Assembly: GCA_965223795.1 (NCBI GenBank)
Contig: CBDCXL010000002.1
Span: 1,568,001 to 1,632,000 of the forward strand
DNA length: 64,000 nt
From: Nitrospinales bacterium
Lineage (GTDB): Bacteria; Nitrospinota; Nitrospinia; Nitrospinales; VA-1
Direction: 5' to 3'
Below the pieces are notes generated by a model, which saw nothing but the letters and a program-made list of their open reading frames with translations, searched no databases and had not been told where the DNA came from. Positions within the stretch are counted from its first letter, which is position 1. Each line of letters opens with the position of its first letter. This document shows positions 10,118 through 19,288 of this stretch, piece by piece. The translations under genes were made by a program, and so were the position numbers.

Positions 10118-11464
10118 ATGGACGCTAAAATTCCTCTGTCCCTTTTGACTTCGGCGTTTCCCTTCGTTTATTTCACCGAAGCGTTCGCCGATGTGCGGGA
10201 TTTCGGCAACGCGCGCATCGAGTTCTGCAAAAACGCGCTCGACACTGCAGGCAAACCCGATAACGGCAAGCCCACGACGGATGAACTGCTGCGCGGGGTG
10301 TTCGCCTCGGCGCAGGAACTGAACGCGTTTTATGCCTCACTGTTAAAAGAGGGGCGGGTCGAGAACCGGGAGATCTGCCTTAAAAGCGGGGACAAGGCCC
10401 GCATGTCGAGCCGCCTCATCCGTCTCAGGCCGGGACTGCACTGCCTGCAGGGCTATTTTTCCGGCATCACCCGGCATGCCGCTGCCGCAAACGCAGCGAA
10501 CGCGAAGCCTGCTGCGCAATCCAGCGAAGACCCCGGCGCCATTATCGGAACCTCCCGCGCCATGGAAAACGTGGCGGCGGCGGTCGCCAAGATCGGTCCG
10601 TTGAACATCCCGGTGCTGTTGAAAGGCGAGCCGGGAACCGGCCGGCATCACATCGCCCGCGCCATTCACTCAAAGAGTCCGCGTGCAAAACGTCCGTTCG
10701 TGGCGGTGCACTGCGACGCCTATTCGGAAACGCTGCTGGAATCGGAATTGTTCGGACACACTCAGGGAGCGTTTGCGGGGGCGGACGACGAGTGCGAAGG
10801 GCTCATCGAGAAAGCGGACGGCGGCAGCGTGTATCTGGATGAAGTGGGCGCCCTGCCGCTGAGCGTGCAGTTCAAACTGCTGCTGCTGCTCAAGGAAGGG
10901 GAAATCCGCCGGATGGGCAGCCTGAAAAGCCTCAGGGTGGACGTGCGCCTGATCGCCGGCTGCCAGACGGACCTCGACAAGAAGGCGGCGGACAAAGCCT
11001 TCAACGAGGAGCTGTACCGGCGGTTTCAACTGTTCGCGCTCAAGGTGCCGCCGCTTCGGGAGCGCGAGGACGACGTGCTGCTGCTGGCGGATCATTTTCT
11101 CAAGCGGCTCGACGCCGCCTCGCGGCCGAAAATTTCGCGGTCGGCGGCGCTGCTGCTCAAACGCCACCGCTGGCCGGGGAACGTGCGCGAATTGAAAAGC
11201 ACTGTGGAGCGGGCGGCGCTGCTGTGCGAGAACGGAATGATCGGTGAAGAACACCTGCCGCTCGCCCAGCCGGAGAAACCGGCAGCGGATTTGCCGCAGG
11301 CTGCGTCAATCCCGGCGGCCTCGCGGGATGAGGGAGCGCGGCAGCGGATCCTCGCCTGCCTGGAAAAAAACCGCTGGAACAAGACCCGCACCGCCCGCGA
11401 CCTCAACATTTCGCGCGCGACGCTGTGGCGCAAGATCAAGGAACTGGCCATCCCCTCTTCCTGA
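10118..11464 (+). CDS. sigma-54-interacting AAA+ / Fis-HTH regulator with deviant motifs
   Basis: GEPGTGR, LESELFGH..GAFAGA, YLDEVG, WPGNVREL and a C-terminal Fis HTH (ISRATLWRK). Confidence 0.88.
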   Translation: MDAKIPLSLLTSAFPFVYFTEAFADVRDFGNARIEFCKNALDTAGKPDNGKPTTDELLRGVFASAQELNAFYASLLKEGRVENREICLKSGDKARMSSRLIRLRPGLHCLQGYFSGITRHAAAANAANAKPAAQSSEDPGAIIGTSRAMENVAAAVAKIGPLNIPVLLKGEPGTGRHHIARAIHSKSPRAKRPFVAVHCDAYSETLLESELFGHTQGAFAGADDECEGLIEKADGGSVYLDEVGALPLSVQFKLLLLLKEGEIRRMGSLKSLRVDVRLIAGCQTDLDKKAADKAFNEELYRRFQLFALKVPPLREREDDVLLLADHFLKRLDAASRPKISRSAALLLKRHRWPGNVRELKSTVERAALLCENGMIGEEHLPLAQPEKPAADLPQAASIPAASRDEGARQRILACLEKNRWNKTRTARDLNISRATLWRKIKELAIPSS

Positions 11465-11587
11465 CAAAGCCGGAACAAGGGCTTTGTTTTCAATCTTCCC
11501 GATTCGATGGAATCCCTTCTGCGGCTATGGTAGAATCCCCAGCTTGACGACAGCCCGACCGGATTCCGCAAGCTGCGGGAATCCGAG

Positions 11588-12142
11588 ATGCGCCCCCTTT
11601 CAGGGCGTTCGCAGGTTGGGCCTACGGCAACCCGGCAGTCTGGAATCGTAGAGGATGGAAAAAAGCGGATCGCCATCTATCCGGGCACATTCGACCCGGT
11701 CACCAACGGCCACATCGACATCATGCGCCGGGCCATCCGGCTGTTCGACCGGCTGGTGGTCGCGGTGGCGCTCAACCCCAAAAAGGAGCCGCTGTTTTCG
11801 CAGGAGGAGCGGGTGGCGTTCATCCGCGACGCTCTTAGAGACACGGACAACGTGGAAGTGGTTCCGTTCAACAGTCTGTTGACCCATTTTGCCCATTCGA
11901 AGGACGCGACGGTGATCATCAAAGGGCTGCGCGCGGTGACGGACTTCGAGTTCGAGCTGCAGATGGGCCTGATGAACCGCAATCTGGATGAAACGCTGGA
12001 AACGCTGTTCATGATCCCGAGCCAGGAGTATTCGTTTTTGAGCTCCAACCTGGTCAAGGAGATCGCCCGCCACGGCGGCGAGATTGCCAACCTGGTTCCG
12101 CCCAGCGTGAGCAAAGGGTTTCAGGAACGAAACTCGCGATGA
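11588..12142 (+). CDS. coaD: pantetheine-phosphate adenylyltransferase
   Basis: AIYPGTFDPVTNGHID and FLSSNLVKEIA motifs. True start uncertain (see findings). Confidence 0.95.
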   Translation: MRPLSGRSQVGPTATRQSGIVEDGKKRIAIYPGTFDPVTNGHIDIMRRAIRLFDRLVVAVALNPKKEPLFSQEERVAFIRDALRDTDNVEVVPFNSLLTHFAHSKDATVIIKGLRAVTDFEFELQMGLMNRNLDETLETLFMIPSQEYSFLSSNLVKEIARHGGEIANLVPPSVSKGFQERNSR

Positions 12143-12213
12143 AAGGTTTTAAACCCGGTTCAAACTCAATGGGCACTGCGGGTGTCCGCGCTTCTTATCT
12201 GAAAACCTGACAC

Positions 12214-13407
12214 ATGGACTTTTCGACCCGAATACAGAATCTGAAACCCTCCATGACGATGGAGATCAACGCCCTGGCGCAGGACCTCAAGGCGAAAGGC
12301 GAAGACGTGATCGGCTTCGGCGCGGGAGAGCCGGATTTCGACACGCCCGACAACGTGAAGCAGGCGGCGATCCGCGCCATCGAAGCCAACGACACGCATT
12401 ACACACCGGTCGGGGGGACGCCGAAGCTCAAGCAGGCGATCGCGCAAAAGCTCAAGCGGGACAACGGGCTGACCTACACAAACGAACAGATCGTGGTGTC
12501 CTGCGGGGCCAAGCATTCGTTTTTCAACCTGGCGCAGGTGCTGTGGCAGGAAGGGGACGAAGTCCTGGTGCCGGCGCCGTACTGGGTGTCGTACCCGGAC
12601 ATCATCGAGCTGACCGGTGCGAAGGCCACGATCGTGCCCACCGACGAAAGCACCGAGTTCAAGATCGTGCCGGAGCTGATCGATAAAGCGGTGACGCCGC
12701 AGACGCGGGCGATCGTGATCAACAGCCCGAGCAACCCGACCGGTTCGGCCTACACGAAACCGGAACTGGAGGCGATCGCCGAATGCGCGCTCAGGCATGG
12801 ATTGCTGATCCTGTCGGACGAAATTTATGAAAAGATCGTGTTCGACGGCTTTGAGCAGGTGAGCATCGCTTCGCTGAGCCCGGAGGTAAAGGCGAACACC
12901 GTCGTCATCAACGGCGTGTCCAAGGCGTATGCGATGACGGGCTGGCGCATCGGTTACATCGCCGCGGATAAAACGCTGGCCGCGCAGATCCAGAAGATCC
13001 AGGGGCAGAGCACCTCCAACCCCAGCTCCATCGCGCAGGCGGCGTCGATCGAGGCGCTCATCGGCCCGCAGGATTCGGTGGCGCAGATGACGCGGGAGTT
13101 CAAGACGCGGCGGGACCTGATCCTGAAATGCCAGAAAAAAATCAGCGGCGTGACCTGCTACGAACCGGTGGGCGCGTTTTACACGTTCCCCAATTTTTCC
13201 GGCGTGCTCGGCAAAAAACACGCCGGCAACCCCATCAACGGGTCGATCGCGTTGTGCAAGTTCCTGCTTGAAGAGGCCAAGGTCGCGGCGGTGCCGGGAA
13301 TCGCCTTCGGGGCGGACGCCAATGTGCGGTTGTCCTACGCCGCCTCTCCCGAGATCATCGAAGAGGGTCTGGGGCGCATCGCCAAAGCGGTGAATGCTTT
13401 GAGTTGA
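12214..13407 (+). CDS. aspC: class I PLP-dependent (aspartate) aminotransferase
   Basis: GEPDFDTP, NSPSNPTG, SDEIY and SKAYAMTGWRIG motifs. Confidence 0.9.
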   Translation: MDFSTRIQNLKPSMTMEINALAQDLKAKGEDVIGFGAGEPDFDTPDNVKQAAIRAIEANDTHYTPVGGTPKLKQAIAQKLKRDNGLTYTNEQIVVSCGAKHSFFNLAQVLWQEGDEVLVPAPYWVSYPDIIELTGAKATIVPTDESTEFKIVPELIDKAVTPQTRAIVINSPSNPTGSAYTKPELEAIAECALRHGLLILSDEIYEKIVFDGFEQVSIASLSPEVKANTVVINGVSKAYAMTGWRIGYIAADKTLAAQIQKIQGQSTSNPSSIAQAASIEALIGPQDSVAQMTREFKTRRDLILKCQKKISGVTCYEPVGAFYTFPNFSGVLGKKHAGNPINGSIALCKFLLEEAKVAAVPGIAFGADANVRLSYAASPEIIEEGLGRIAKAVNALS

Positions 13408-13472
13408 CCTTTTGCTTTATTTTGGGAACCCGCGGCCGCCGAGGGTGGGAACTGAGGGGATTGGCCGCTGGA

Positions 13473-13709
13473 TCAATGCGTTGTGGAGGGCACGTCCTGC
13501 TGACTTTTCTTGTAGTCGTGAATACGCCGCTCGATGTTGGAGCGGCAGCGCTTGGCCTTGCAGTTTCCGGTGCCGACCCCGATCTTCCGTCTGAGAGCCT
13601 CAAAGGACAGACAACCCTGCCGTATGGCCTGCATGATGGTGCCGGCCTTGATACTCCTGCAGATACAAACTTTCTTAAAATTATCTATTAATTCCTTTTG
13701 AGAACTCAA
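13473..13709 (-). CDS. BFD-like [2Fe-2S]-binding protein
   Basis: VCICRSI...GTGNCKAKRC cysteine pattern; 78 aa. Confidence 0.8.
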   Translation of the reverse strand: MSSQKELIDNFKKVCICRSIKAGTIMQAIRQGCLSFEALRRKIGVGTGNCKAKRCRSNIERRIHDYKKSQQDVPSTTH

Positions 13710-13779
13710 AATCGATCCGGGGTTCAGGTTATCTTTCCCTTATGACTTCCACTATAAACCAAGTTCGACCGAAAACCCA

Positions 13780-15348
13780 GTGCAAACCCTTAAAAATATG
13801 CGGTTTTGGATATTATCGAGCCTCACCGGCCTGGCTTTAGTCCTTGTATTCCCACGGTTTGAACTGAGTTTTCTGGCCTGGTTCGCGTTCGTCCCCCTGT
13901 TTTTCGCCGTCTGGAACCAGCCCGCCCTGAAAGTGGCGGCCGGCGGGTTTGGGGCCGGGTTCGTGTTCTATTTTTTCGGGCTCAACTGGGTCACCAACAC
14001 GCTGTCCAATTATGGGAACATTCCCATCGTTCTGAGTTATGCGATCCTGGCGCTTCTGGCGGCGTACCTGGCGTTTTACGTCGCGCTGTTCTGCGTGCTT
14101 ACGGTGCGCTTTTGCCGGGGCCAGCCGGTGCTGCTTTTTCTGCTCGCGCCGGCACTGTGGACGTCGCTGGAATGGCTGCGTTCGACCCATCTGGAGTACG
14201 GCTTTTCCTGGCTCGGTCTGGGCTACTCGCAGGTGGCGAATCCGGCGCTGATCCAGATCGCAGAAATTACAGGGATCTATGGGGTGTCCGCGTTGATCAT
14301 GGCGGTCAACGCGGCGCTGTTCGCGGCCTTGAACGAGGGGCTGGCGCGCGGGCCGGAAACGCCCTTTGTACGCGGAACCGGAGCGCGGGTGCTGGCGGCG
14401 GCGCTGCTGCTCTTCTTCTGTGCGGCGGGGTACGGCGCGGTGGCGCTCAAACGCTGGGAGGCGTTTGCTTCCGGCGAACCGGCGGTGACGGTGGGACTGG
14501 CTCAGGGAAACATCGATCAGGCCATCAAGTGGGATCCCCGGTTCCAGGATCAGGTGCTGGACACGTACAAAAACCTCACGCTCCAGGCGGCCCAGGCCAA
14601 GCCGGACCTCATCGTGTGGCCGGAAGCGGCGATTCCTTTTTTCTACCCGCTCGACGAACAGGGCTCGGCGGTGGTGGAGTCGATCGTCGACCGCGCCGGC
14701 ACACCGCTTCTGTTCGGCAGCCCGTTCAAACTGGACGGGAAAGACGGTCCGGTTCTGTATAACAGCGCCTACCTGCTGTCGCCGCACGGCAATATCGGCG
14801 GCCGCTACGACAAAAAGCACCTGGTGCCGTTCGGCGAGTTCGTGCCGTTTCAGAACGTGCTGTGGTTCGTGCAAAAGATGGTGGAAGGCGTCGGCAATTT
14901 CGGCCGCGGCGAAGAAATGACGCTGTTCGACCTCGACCCGCACCGCTTCGGGGTGTCGATCTGCTTTGAGATCACCTTTCCGGATCTGGTGCGCGAACCG
15001 GTGCGGCGGGGCGCGCATTTTCTGGTCAACATCACCAACGACGCCTGGTTCGGCAACAGCGCCGCCTCCTACCAGCACATGGCGATGGCGGCGATGCGCG
15101 CGGTGGAAAACCGCGTGCCGATCGTGCGCGCGGCCAACACCGGCGTGACCGGCACGCTCGATCCCTCGGGCAGGATGCGCCAGCGCACGGAACTGTTCAC
15201 CGAAGCGATGGTGCTGACCGGGATCGTTCCCAACACCGGCGGCCGCACGTTTTATTCCCGCCACGGCGATGTGTTCAGCTTTTTGTGCATCGGCGTCACG
15301 GTGCTGCTGCTCGCCTTCTTCCGGCGCCTGTCTGATACAGCACCCTAG
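13780..15348 (+). CDS. lnt: apolipoprotein N-acyltransferase
   Basis: Multiple TM segments; QGNI, WPEAA, KKHLVPFGEF, ICFEI, TNDAWFG and RAANTG motifs. Confidence 0.96.
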   Translation: MQTLKNMRFWILSSLTGLALVLVFPRFELSFLAWFAFVPLFFAVWNQPALKVAAGGFGAGFVFYFFGLNWVTNTLSNYGNIPIVLSYAILALLAAYLAFYVALFCVLTVRFCRGQPVLLFLLAPALWTSLEWLRSTHLEYGFSWLGLGYSQVANPALIQIAEITGIYGVSALIMAVNAALFAALNEGLARGPETPFVRGTGARVLAAALLLFFCAAGYGAVALKRWEAFASGEPAVTVGLAQGNIDQAIKWDPRFQDQVLDTYKNLTLQAAQAKPDLIVWPEAAIPFFYPLDEQGSAVVESIVDRAGTPLLFGSPFKLDGKDGPVLYNSAYLLSPHGNIGGRYDKKHLVPFGEFVPFQNVLWFVQKMVEGVGNFGRGEEMTLFDLDPHRFGVSICFEITFPDLVREPVRRGAHFLVNITNDAWFGNSAASYQHMAMAAMRAVENRVPIVRAANTGVTGTLDPSGRMRQRTELFTEAMVLTGIVPNTGGRTFYSRHGDVFSFLCIGVTVLLLAFFRRLSDTAP

Positions 15349-15411
15349 AGCACACGATCACCAACCGCGAGATCTCTGCATAAGCGGGGTATTAAAAAGT
15401 TTAAAATTTAT

Positions 15412-15515
15412 TGTCACCCTGCGCCCTTCGTCCTTCGACAAGCTCAGGATGACAGCTCAGGGCAGGCTTTGTCGAAAGGTGCCGGGAATCATGCTTCGAC
15501 AGGCGCAGGGTGACA
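15412..15515. repeat. nested REP/REPIN-like palindromic element
   Basis: Terminal inverted repeat TGTCACCCTGCGCC / GGCGCAGGGTGACA with internal CTTCGACAAGCTCAGG-type units, between convergent genes. Confidence 0.75.
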
Positions 15516-15547
15516 GGACTTCGGCTCATGCGGAAATATCGCGTGGC

Positions 15548-16366
15548 TCACTGCTCGACGATGTGCTTGAGCACCACTTCGACGTTTTCGTCTCCGGCTT
15601 CGACGATCTGCTGGCCGACGATGTCCCCCGGTCCGGCGCGCGCGTCGCCGTCGCGGTCGATGCGGGCGGTGAGGGTGAGGGTGCCGGCGAACTCGGCGCC
15701 GGGCATCATCACATCCTGCGTTCCCAGCGAGAAGCGATGCGGGAATTCGACCGCCTCCAGCCGCTTGACGGCGATGGGAATGCCGCGTTCCTGGCCGTGG
15801 GCGCGGGCGATGAGAAACAGCTTCCAGTTGTCGGGCAGGTCCTTGGCGACGTCGGGGTCGAGCTTGAGCGTGCCGGAAACGGAACTTTTCCTGCCTTCGA
15901 CGATGCGATTCAAAACGATGTTGACTCCCTTATCTCCGGCCTGGGCCAGCGTGTCCCCCTCGATGTCGCCCGGTGACGCCTTGGCGTTGCCGTCCTGATC
16001 CAGCCGGGCGGTGATGCGTATCGCGCCTTCGAACTTATTTCCCTCAAGCATGACGTCCGCGGGACCGATAGAATAGTCAAAGGGAAGTTCGATGCGGCTG
16101 TGCCGCCTTGCGGCCAGCGGCGGACCTCCCTTTACCCCTTCCGGGCGGGCGATGATGAACAAACGCGCCTGATCGGGCATGGCGTTTTCGTGCTGCGCAT
16201 CCAGCGTGACGGTGCCTGAAATCACCTTGGCCTTGAGCGCGGGGTCGTTCTGCTTGATGATCTTCTGTTTCATGCTTTGCGGCAGGGGGTGCTCCTTGAG
16301 TTCCTTCTCGCAGCCCATGAGCAGGGAAACACTCACCCCGGCAATCAGTAATATTCGATTTTTCAA
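15548..16366 (-). CDS. lipoprotein with two tandem CcmI/CycH C-terminal-like domains
   Basis: TTG start with GGAG RBS and lipobox LMGC; two ~110-aa repeats of SGT..LD...LF.IAR...P.A..R...ARL/ID.DG.A...PGDI.G. Confidence 0.75.
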   Translation of the reverse strand: MKNRILLIAGVSVSLLMGCEKELKEHPLPQSMKQKIIKQNDPALKAKVISGTVTLDAQHENAMPDQARLFIIARPEGVKGGPPLAARRHSRIELPFDYSIGPADVMLEGNKFEGAIRITARLDQDGNAKASPGDIEGDTLAQAGDKGVNIVLNRIVEGRKSSVSGTLKLDPDVAKDLPDNWKLFLIARAHGQERGIPIAVKRLEAVEFPHRFSLGTQDVMMPGAEFAGTLTLTARIDRDGDARAGPGDIVGQQIVEAGDENVEVVLKHIVEQ

Positions 16367-16649
16367 TCTGTTTCTCCGGCTTTCGATGAGGTTGCAGAAA
16401 TTGAAACCATTCGCTTCCCGCAACATCTTATATACAGGCGATCCTTTCCGGCCGTCAGGCCGCGGGGGACGCCGGTCACCAGCTTGTTTCCGGGAAATGC
16501 ACGGTTTCACCCGGCGCCTGTCCAGGCCCGGGTTTCCGATCGGTTCGACCCTATGATACCTCAAAGTATCACCCGCTCAAACCGTGAGGAGACCGGACAT
16601 CCCGGTTTTATTTCTGCATCCGGATTCGGGGGGCGCGGAGGAAAATATC

Positions 16650-16850
16650 ATGTTTCATCAGGTAAAAATTCTCGATTCGAAAGGAAAAGTCAAAAAAGTT
16701 CTTTCGCCCAAAAAACTGAGTAAACATTACTGGGGAGAATTCTTCGACCCGGCCAAAAATACCCGCACGAAATCGGTGAAAAGAAAGAAAAGCAAACCGG
16801 GTAAAACCCAAAAAGCCGATTTGAGTCACAAAGACCTGCACTGTTCCTGA
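16650..16850 (+). CDS. small basic hypothetical protein
   Basis: GGAGG RBS then ATG; 66-aa Lys-rich ORF. Confidence 0.6.
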   Translation: MFHQVKILDSKGKVKKVLSPKKLSKHYWGEFFDPAKNTRTKSVKRKKSKPGKTQKADLSHKDLHCS

Positions 16851-17116
16851 CAGTGCGCCACCTGTAATGCGGCTGATAAATTTCAGGGAGATCCTTTTGA
16901 TGGCCTGACTCCTAATCCTCCACCAAAGGTTGAGTTGGAACATTTAAAATTATCCCTGAATTCGTGAGGGGGAATCCCCAAGGTTCCCCCTCGCGTGCCC
17001 CTTTCCTCAAAACACACACCCTTCCATCCTGTCAGACAGACCGCCGCACACAGCGCACAGGTATTCCTGCGCGCGGCTTTCACCGCCGTTTTATTTCCGG
17101 GAAATTCTGGGTGTCG

Positions 17117-18001
17117 TCAGCGCGGGAAACGCTGGGTCTTGGAGAGGCCCTTCTGGCGGAAATCCTGGCCCTGGATCATGACGAATTTGCACATCTCCGC
17201 AAGGCGGGAATAGATGCGGGCGCCGACCTTGTCCTGCAGCCGCTCGCGGGTGTACCCGTCGGCGAAGCTCTGGTCGGCGTTTTCGGGGTAGGTGGTGGCG
17301 TCGTGGCGGATGGCCAGTTCGCTCGGGTAGTTGGTGGTGAACAGCGTCACTTTGTCGGCGGCGTTGTAGCGGCTTGAGATCAACTGGTCGAGCACGGTCA
17401 ACTCCCATTCGGTGTTTCTGCCTTTGGCCAGCTCGTCGATGACCAGCACGCGGGAGCGCAGGTACGGCCCCAGGATCGCCTGATCGGACAAATCCTGGGA
17501 ATAGCCGTGGCGGATGTCGGCCAGCAGCTGGAAGAAGTCGACGAAGCGGCAGTCCACCCCATGCTGCAGGATGAGGCTTTTCAGGATCGCCACGGAGAGG
17601 TGGGTCTTGCCCAGTCCGGGATCGCCCATAAAGACCAGTCCCGTGTTCTTCTTTCCGTTTCCACCGACCCAGTCCTTGACGAAATCCATCGCGATGCGTT
17701 TTGCGCGGCCCTGGGACTGCTTGCCCTTGTCGTAGGAATCGAAATCGGCGTGCAGGAACTTTCCGGGAATGCCGGCGTCGTTCAGAATGCGAAACCGTTT
17801 CTTCATCCGCGTGCAATCGCAGTCGGATAAAAACGAAACGCCGTTTTCCTTTTCATAAAACACGCGTCCCTCGCCGCCGCACAGGCCGCAGTGAAAACAG
17901 GAACAGGTTTCCGCCTGCAGGCGGCCGCTGCGATTGACAAAGACGTGGCCGCGGCCCTGGCAGGAAGGACACGCATCCGGCTGGATTTGGACGTTAGGCA
18001 T
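17117..18001 (-). CDS. DnaC/IstB-family AAA+ ATPase with N-terminal Zn-ribbons
   Basis: Two CxxCxGxG motifs, GDPGLGKTHL, VLVIDEL, TLFTTN and RIYSRLAEMC. Confidence 0.88.
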   Translation of the reverse strand: MPNVQIQPDACPSCQGRGHVFVNRSGRLQAETCSCFHCGLCGGEGRVFYEKENGVSFLSDCDCTRMKKRFRILNDAGIPGKFLHADFDSYDKGKQSQGRAKRIAMDFVKDWVGGNGKKNTGLVFMGDPGLGKTHLSVAILKSLILQHGVDCRFVDFFQLLADIRHGYSQDLSDQAILGPYLRSRVLVIDELAKGRNTEWELTVLDQLISSRYNAADKVTLFTTNYPSELAIRHDATTYPENADQSFADGYTRERLQDKVGARIYSRLAEMCKFVMIQGQDFRQKGLSKTQRFPR

Positions 18002-18142
18002 TGAATTTCAGGGTGTTGCGGTTAAGGTGAAACGGTTTGAACGAGGAAAAAAGAATAAACTCAAAAGTGTGGATTTGAGTGATTGTCGTCAGGGAGAAGG
18101 ATGCAAATGCGTCGTACCGCTCGCATTGATCACGAAATGATT

Positions 18143-18412
18143 TTACGCCTGCTTAAATTCGCTTTCAATGAAATTTTCGAGAGAGGAAAGAGAAACCTTC
18201 TGCGGAAAGGGTTTGCGATTTCTTTTTTTCTGTTCGTGAAATCCTTTTTCGATGGCGTTGCACAGGATGTGAACGGGGATGCCGCGCTGCTCCCAACGGC
18301 TGATGAGGTGGTAATCGTTGGAGGAGAGGAACAGACCCGAATCCTTGAGGGCGAGAAAAAATTTTTCGACGGCGCTGATGTAGTTCAACGGTTTCTCATC
18401 CAGGTAACACAA
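18143..18412 (-). CDS. hypothetical protein (possible DnaD-like helical fold)
   Basis: 89-aa ORF co-oriented upstream of the DnaC-like gene; LSSNDYHLISRW..RGIP...I.K pattern. Fold is a guess. Confidence 0.6.
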   Translation of the reverse strand: MCYLDEKPLNYISAVEKFFLALKDSGLFLSSNDYHLISRWEQRGIPVHILCNAIEKGFHEQKKRNRKPFPQKVSLSSLENFIESEFKQA

Positions 18413-18512
18413 ACTGCATTGCTAACGGGAAGCGGCCGGCAATGCATCCTAACCAATGCAGGCCAGCGTTTTTTCAGATTACGGCATCCGCAAGAGCTTT
18501 GCAACGGAACCC

Positions 18513-19229
18513 TCAGGACTTGATGTCCAGCAGGGTGCCCAGCATCTCGTCCGAGGCTTTGATGACGTTGGCGTTGGCCTTGAACGCGGTTTTGGCGATG
18601 ATCTGATTGATGGCTTCTTCCGCGAGATCGACGTTGGAGCTTTCGAGCGCTCCGGACACCACGGTGCCGCGGCCTCCGGTTCCCGGCAGTCCGGTGACGG
18701 CGGCACCCGAAGCCTGGGAGGCGGTGAACAGGTTGCCGCCCTGGGCCGTGAGTCCGCCGGGGTTGTTGAAATCCGCAAGTTCGATGGTGCCGAGCGTCAC
18801 GCTGCTGCCGCCCACCTGCGCGGTGACCTGACCGGTGGGCGCCACGCTGACGCCGGTCGCGCCCTGGGGCACGCTGATCGGCGGCGACAAGGGATCGCCG
18901 GAAAACGTGGTGAGCTGCCCTGAAGCATCCACCTTGAAACCGCCGGCGCGGGTGTAGCCGGTGCCGCCGCCCTCAAGGCTCACCTGAAAATAGCCGTCGC
19001 CGTTGACCGCCAGCGCGAACGGATCGGACGCAGGGATCAACGCTCCGGGGGCGGTGTTTTTGCGGATCCCCAGAACCTGGGAACCGCCCGTGGCGTTGTC
19101 GGCGATCTGCGTCTCGCCTTTTTTAAAACCCGGCGTGTTGAGATTGGCGACGTTGTTGGCGCTGTTTTCCAGATTGCGCGCGGACGTCCTGAGACCGGAG
19201 AGGGCGTTGTACAGAGACTGGATGATCAT
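18513..19229 (-). CDS. additional FlgG/FlgE-like rod-hook protein
   Basis: ANNVANLNTPGFKK, GYTRAGGF, LESSNVDLAEE and ASDEMLG motifs. Confidence 0.88.
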   Translation of the reverse strand: MIIQSLYNALSGLRTSARNLENSANNVANLNTPGFKKGETQIADNATGGSQVLGIRKNTAPGALIPASDPFALAVNGDGYFQVSLEGGGTGYTRAGGFKVDASGQLTTFSGDPLSPPISVPQGATGVSVAPTGQVTAQVGGSSVTLGTIELADFNNPGGLTAQGGNLFTASQASGAAVTGLPGTGGRGTVVSGALESSNVDLAEEAINQIIAKTAFKANANVIKASDEMLGTLLDIKS

Positions 19230-19288
19230 GAACGGACCCCTTGAACGAGGTGGAAACACCGGGGCCGTGCGTGTCAAACCCCAGAATC

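Noticed and set aside
16870..16995. Possible ncRNA in the hairpin-rich spacer
   Set aside because: Stems exist (TTCAGGGA/TCCCTGAA; GAGGGGGAA/TTCCCCCTC) but they lie between convergent genes and are explained by termination; no family motif recognised.
17117..18001. IS21 element (IstB)
   Set aside because: No IstA transposase or terminal inverted repeats are adjacent, and the Zn-ribbon N-terminus fits a DnaC-like loader better.
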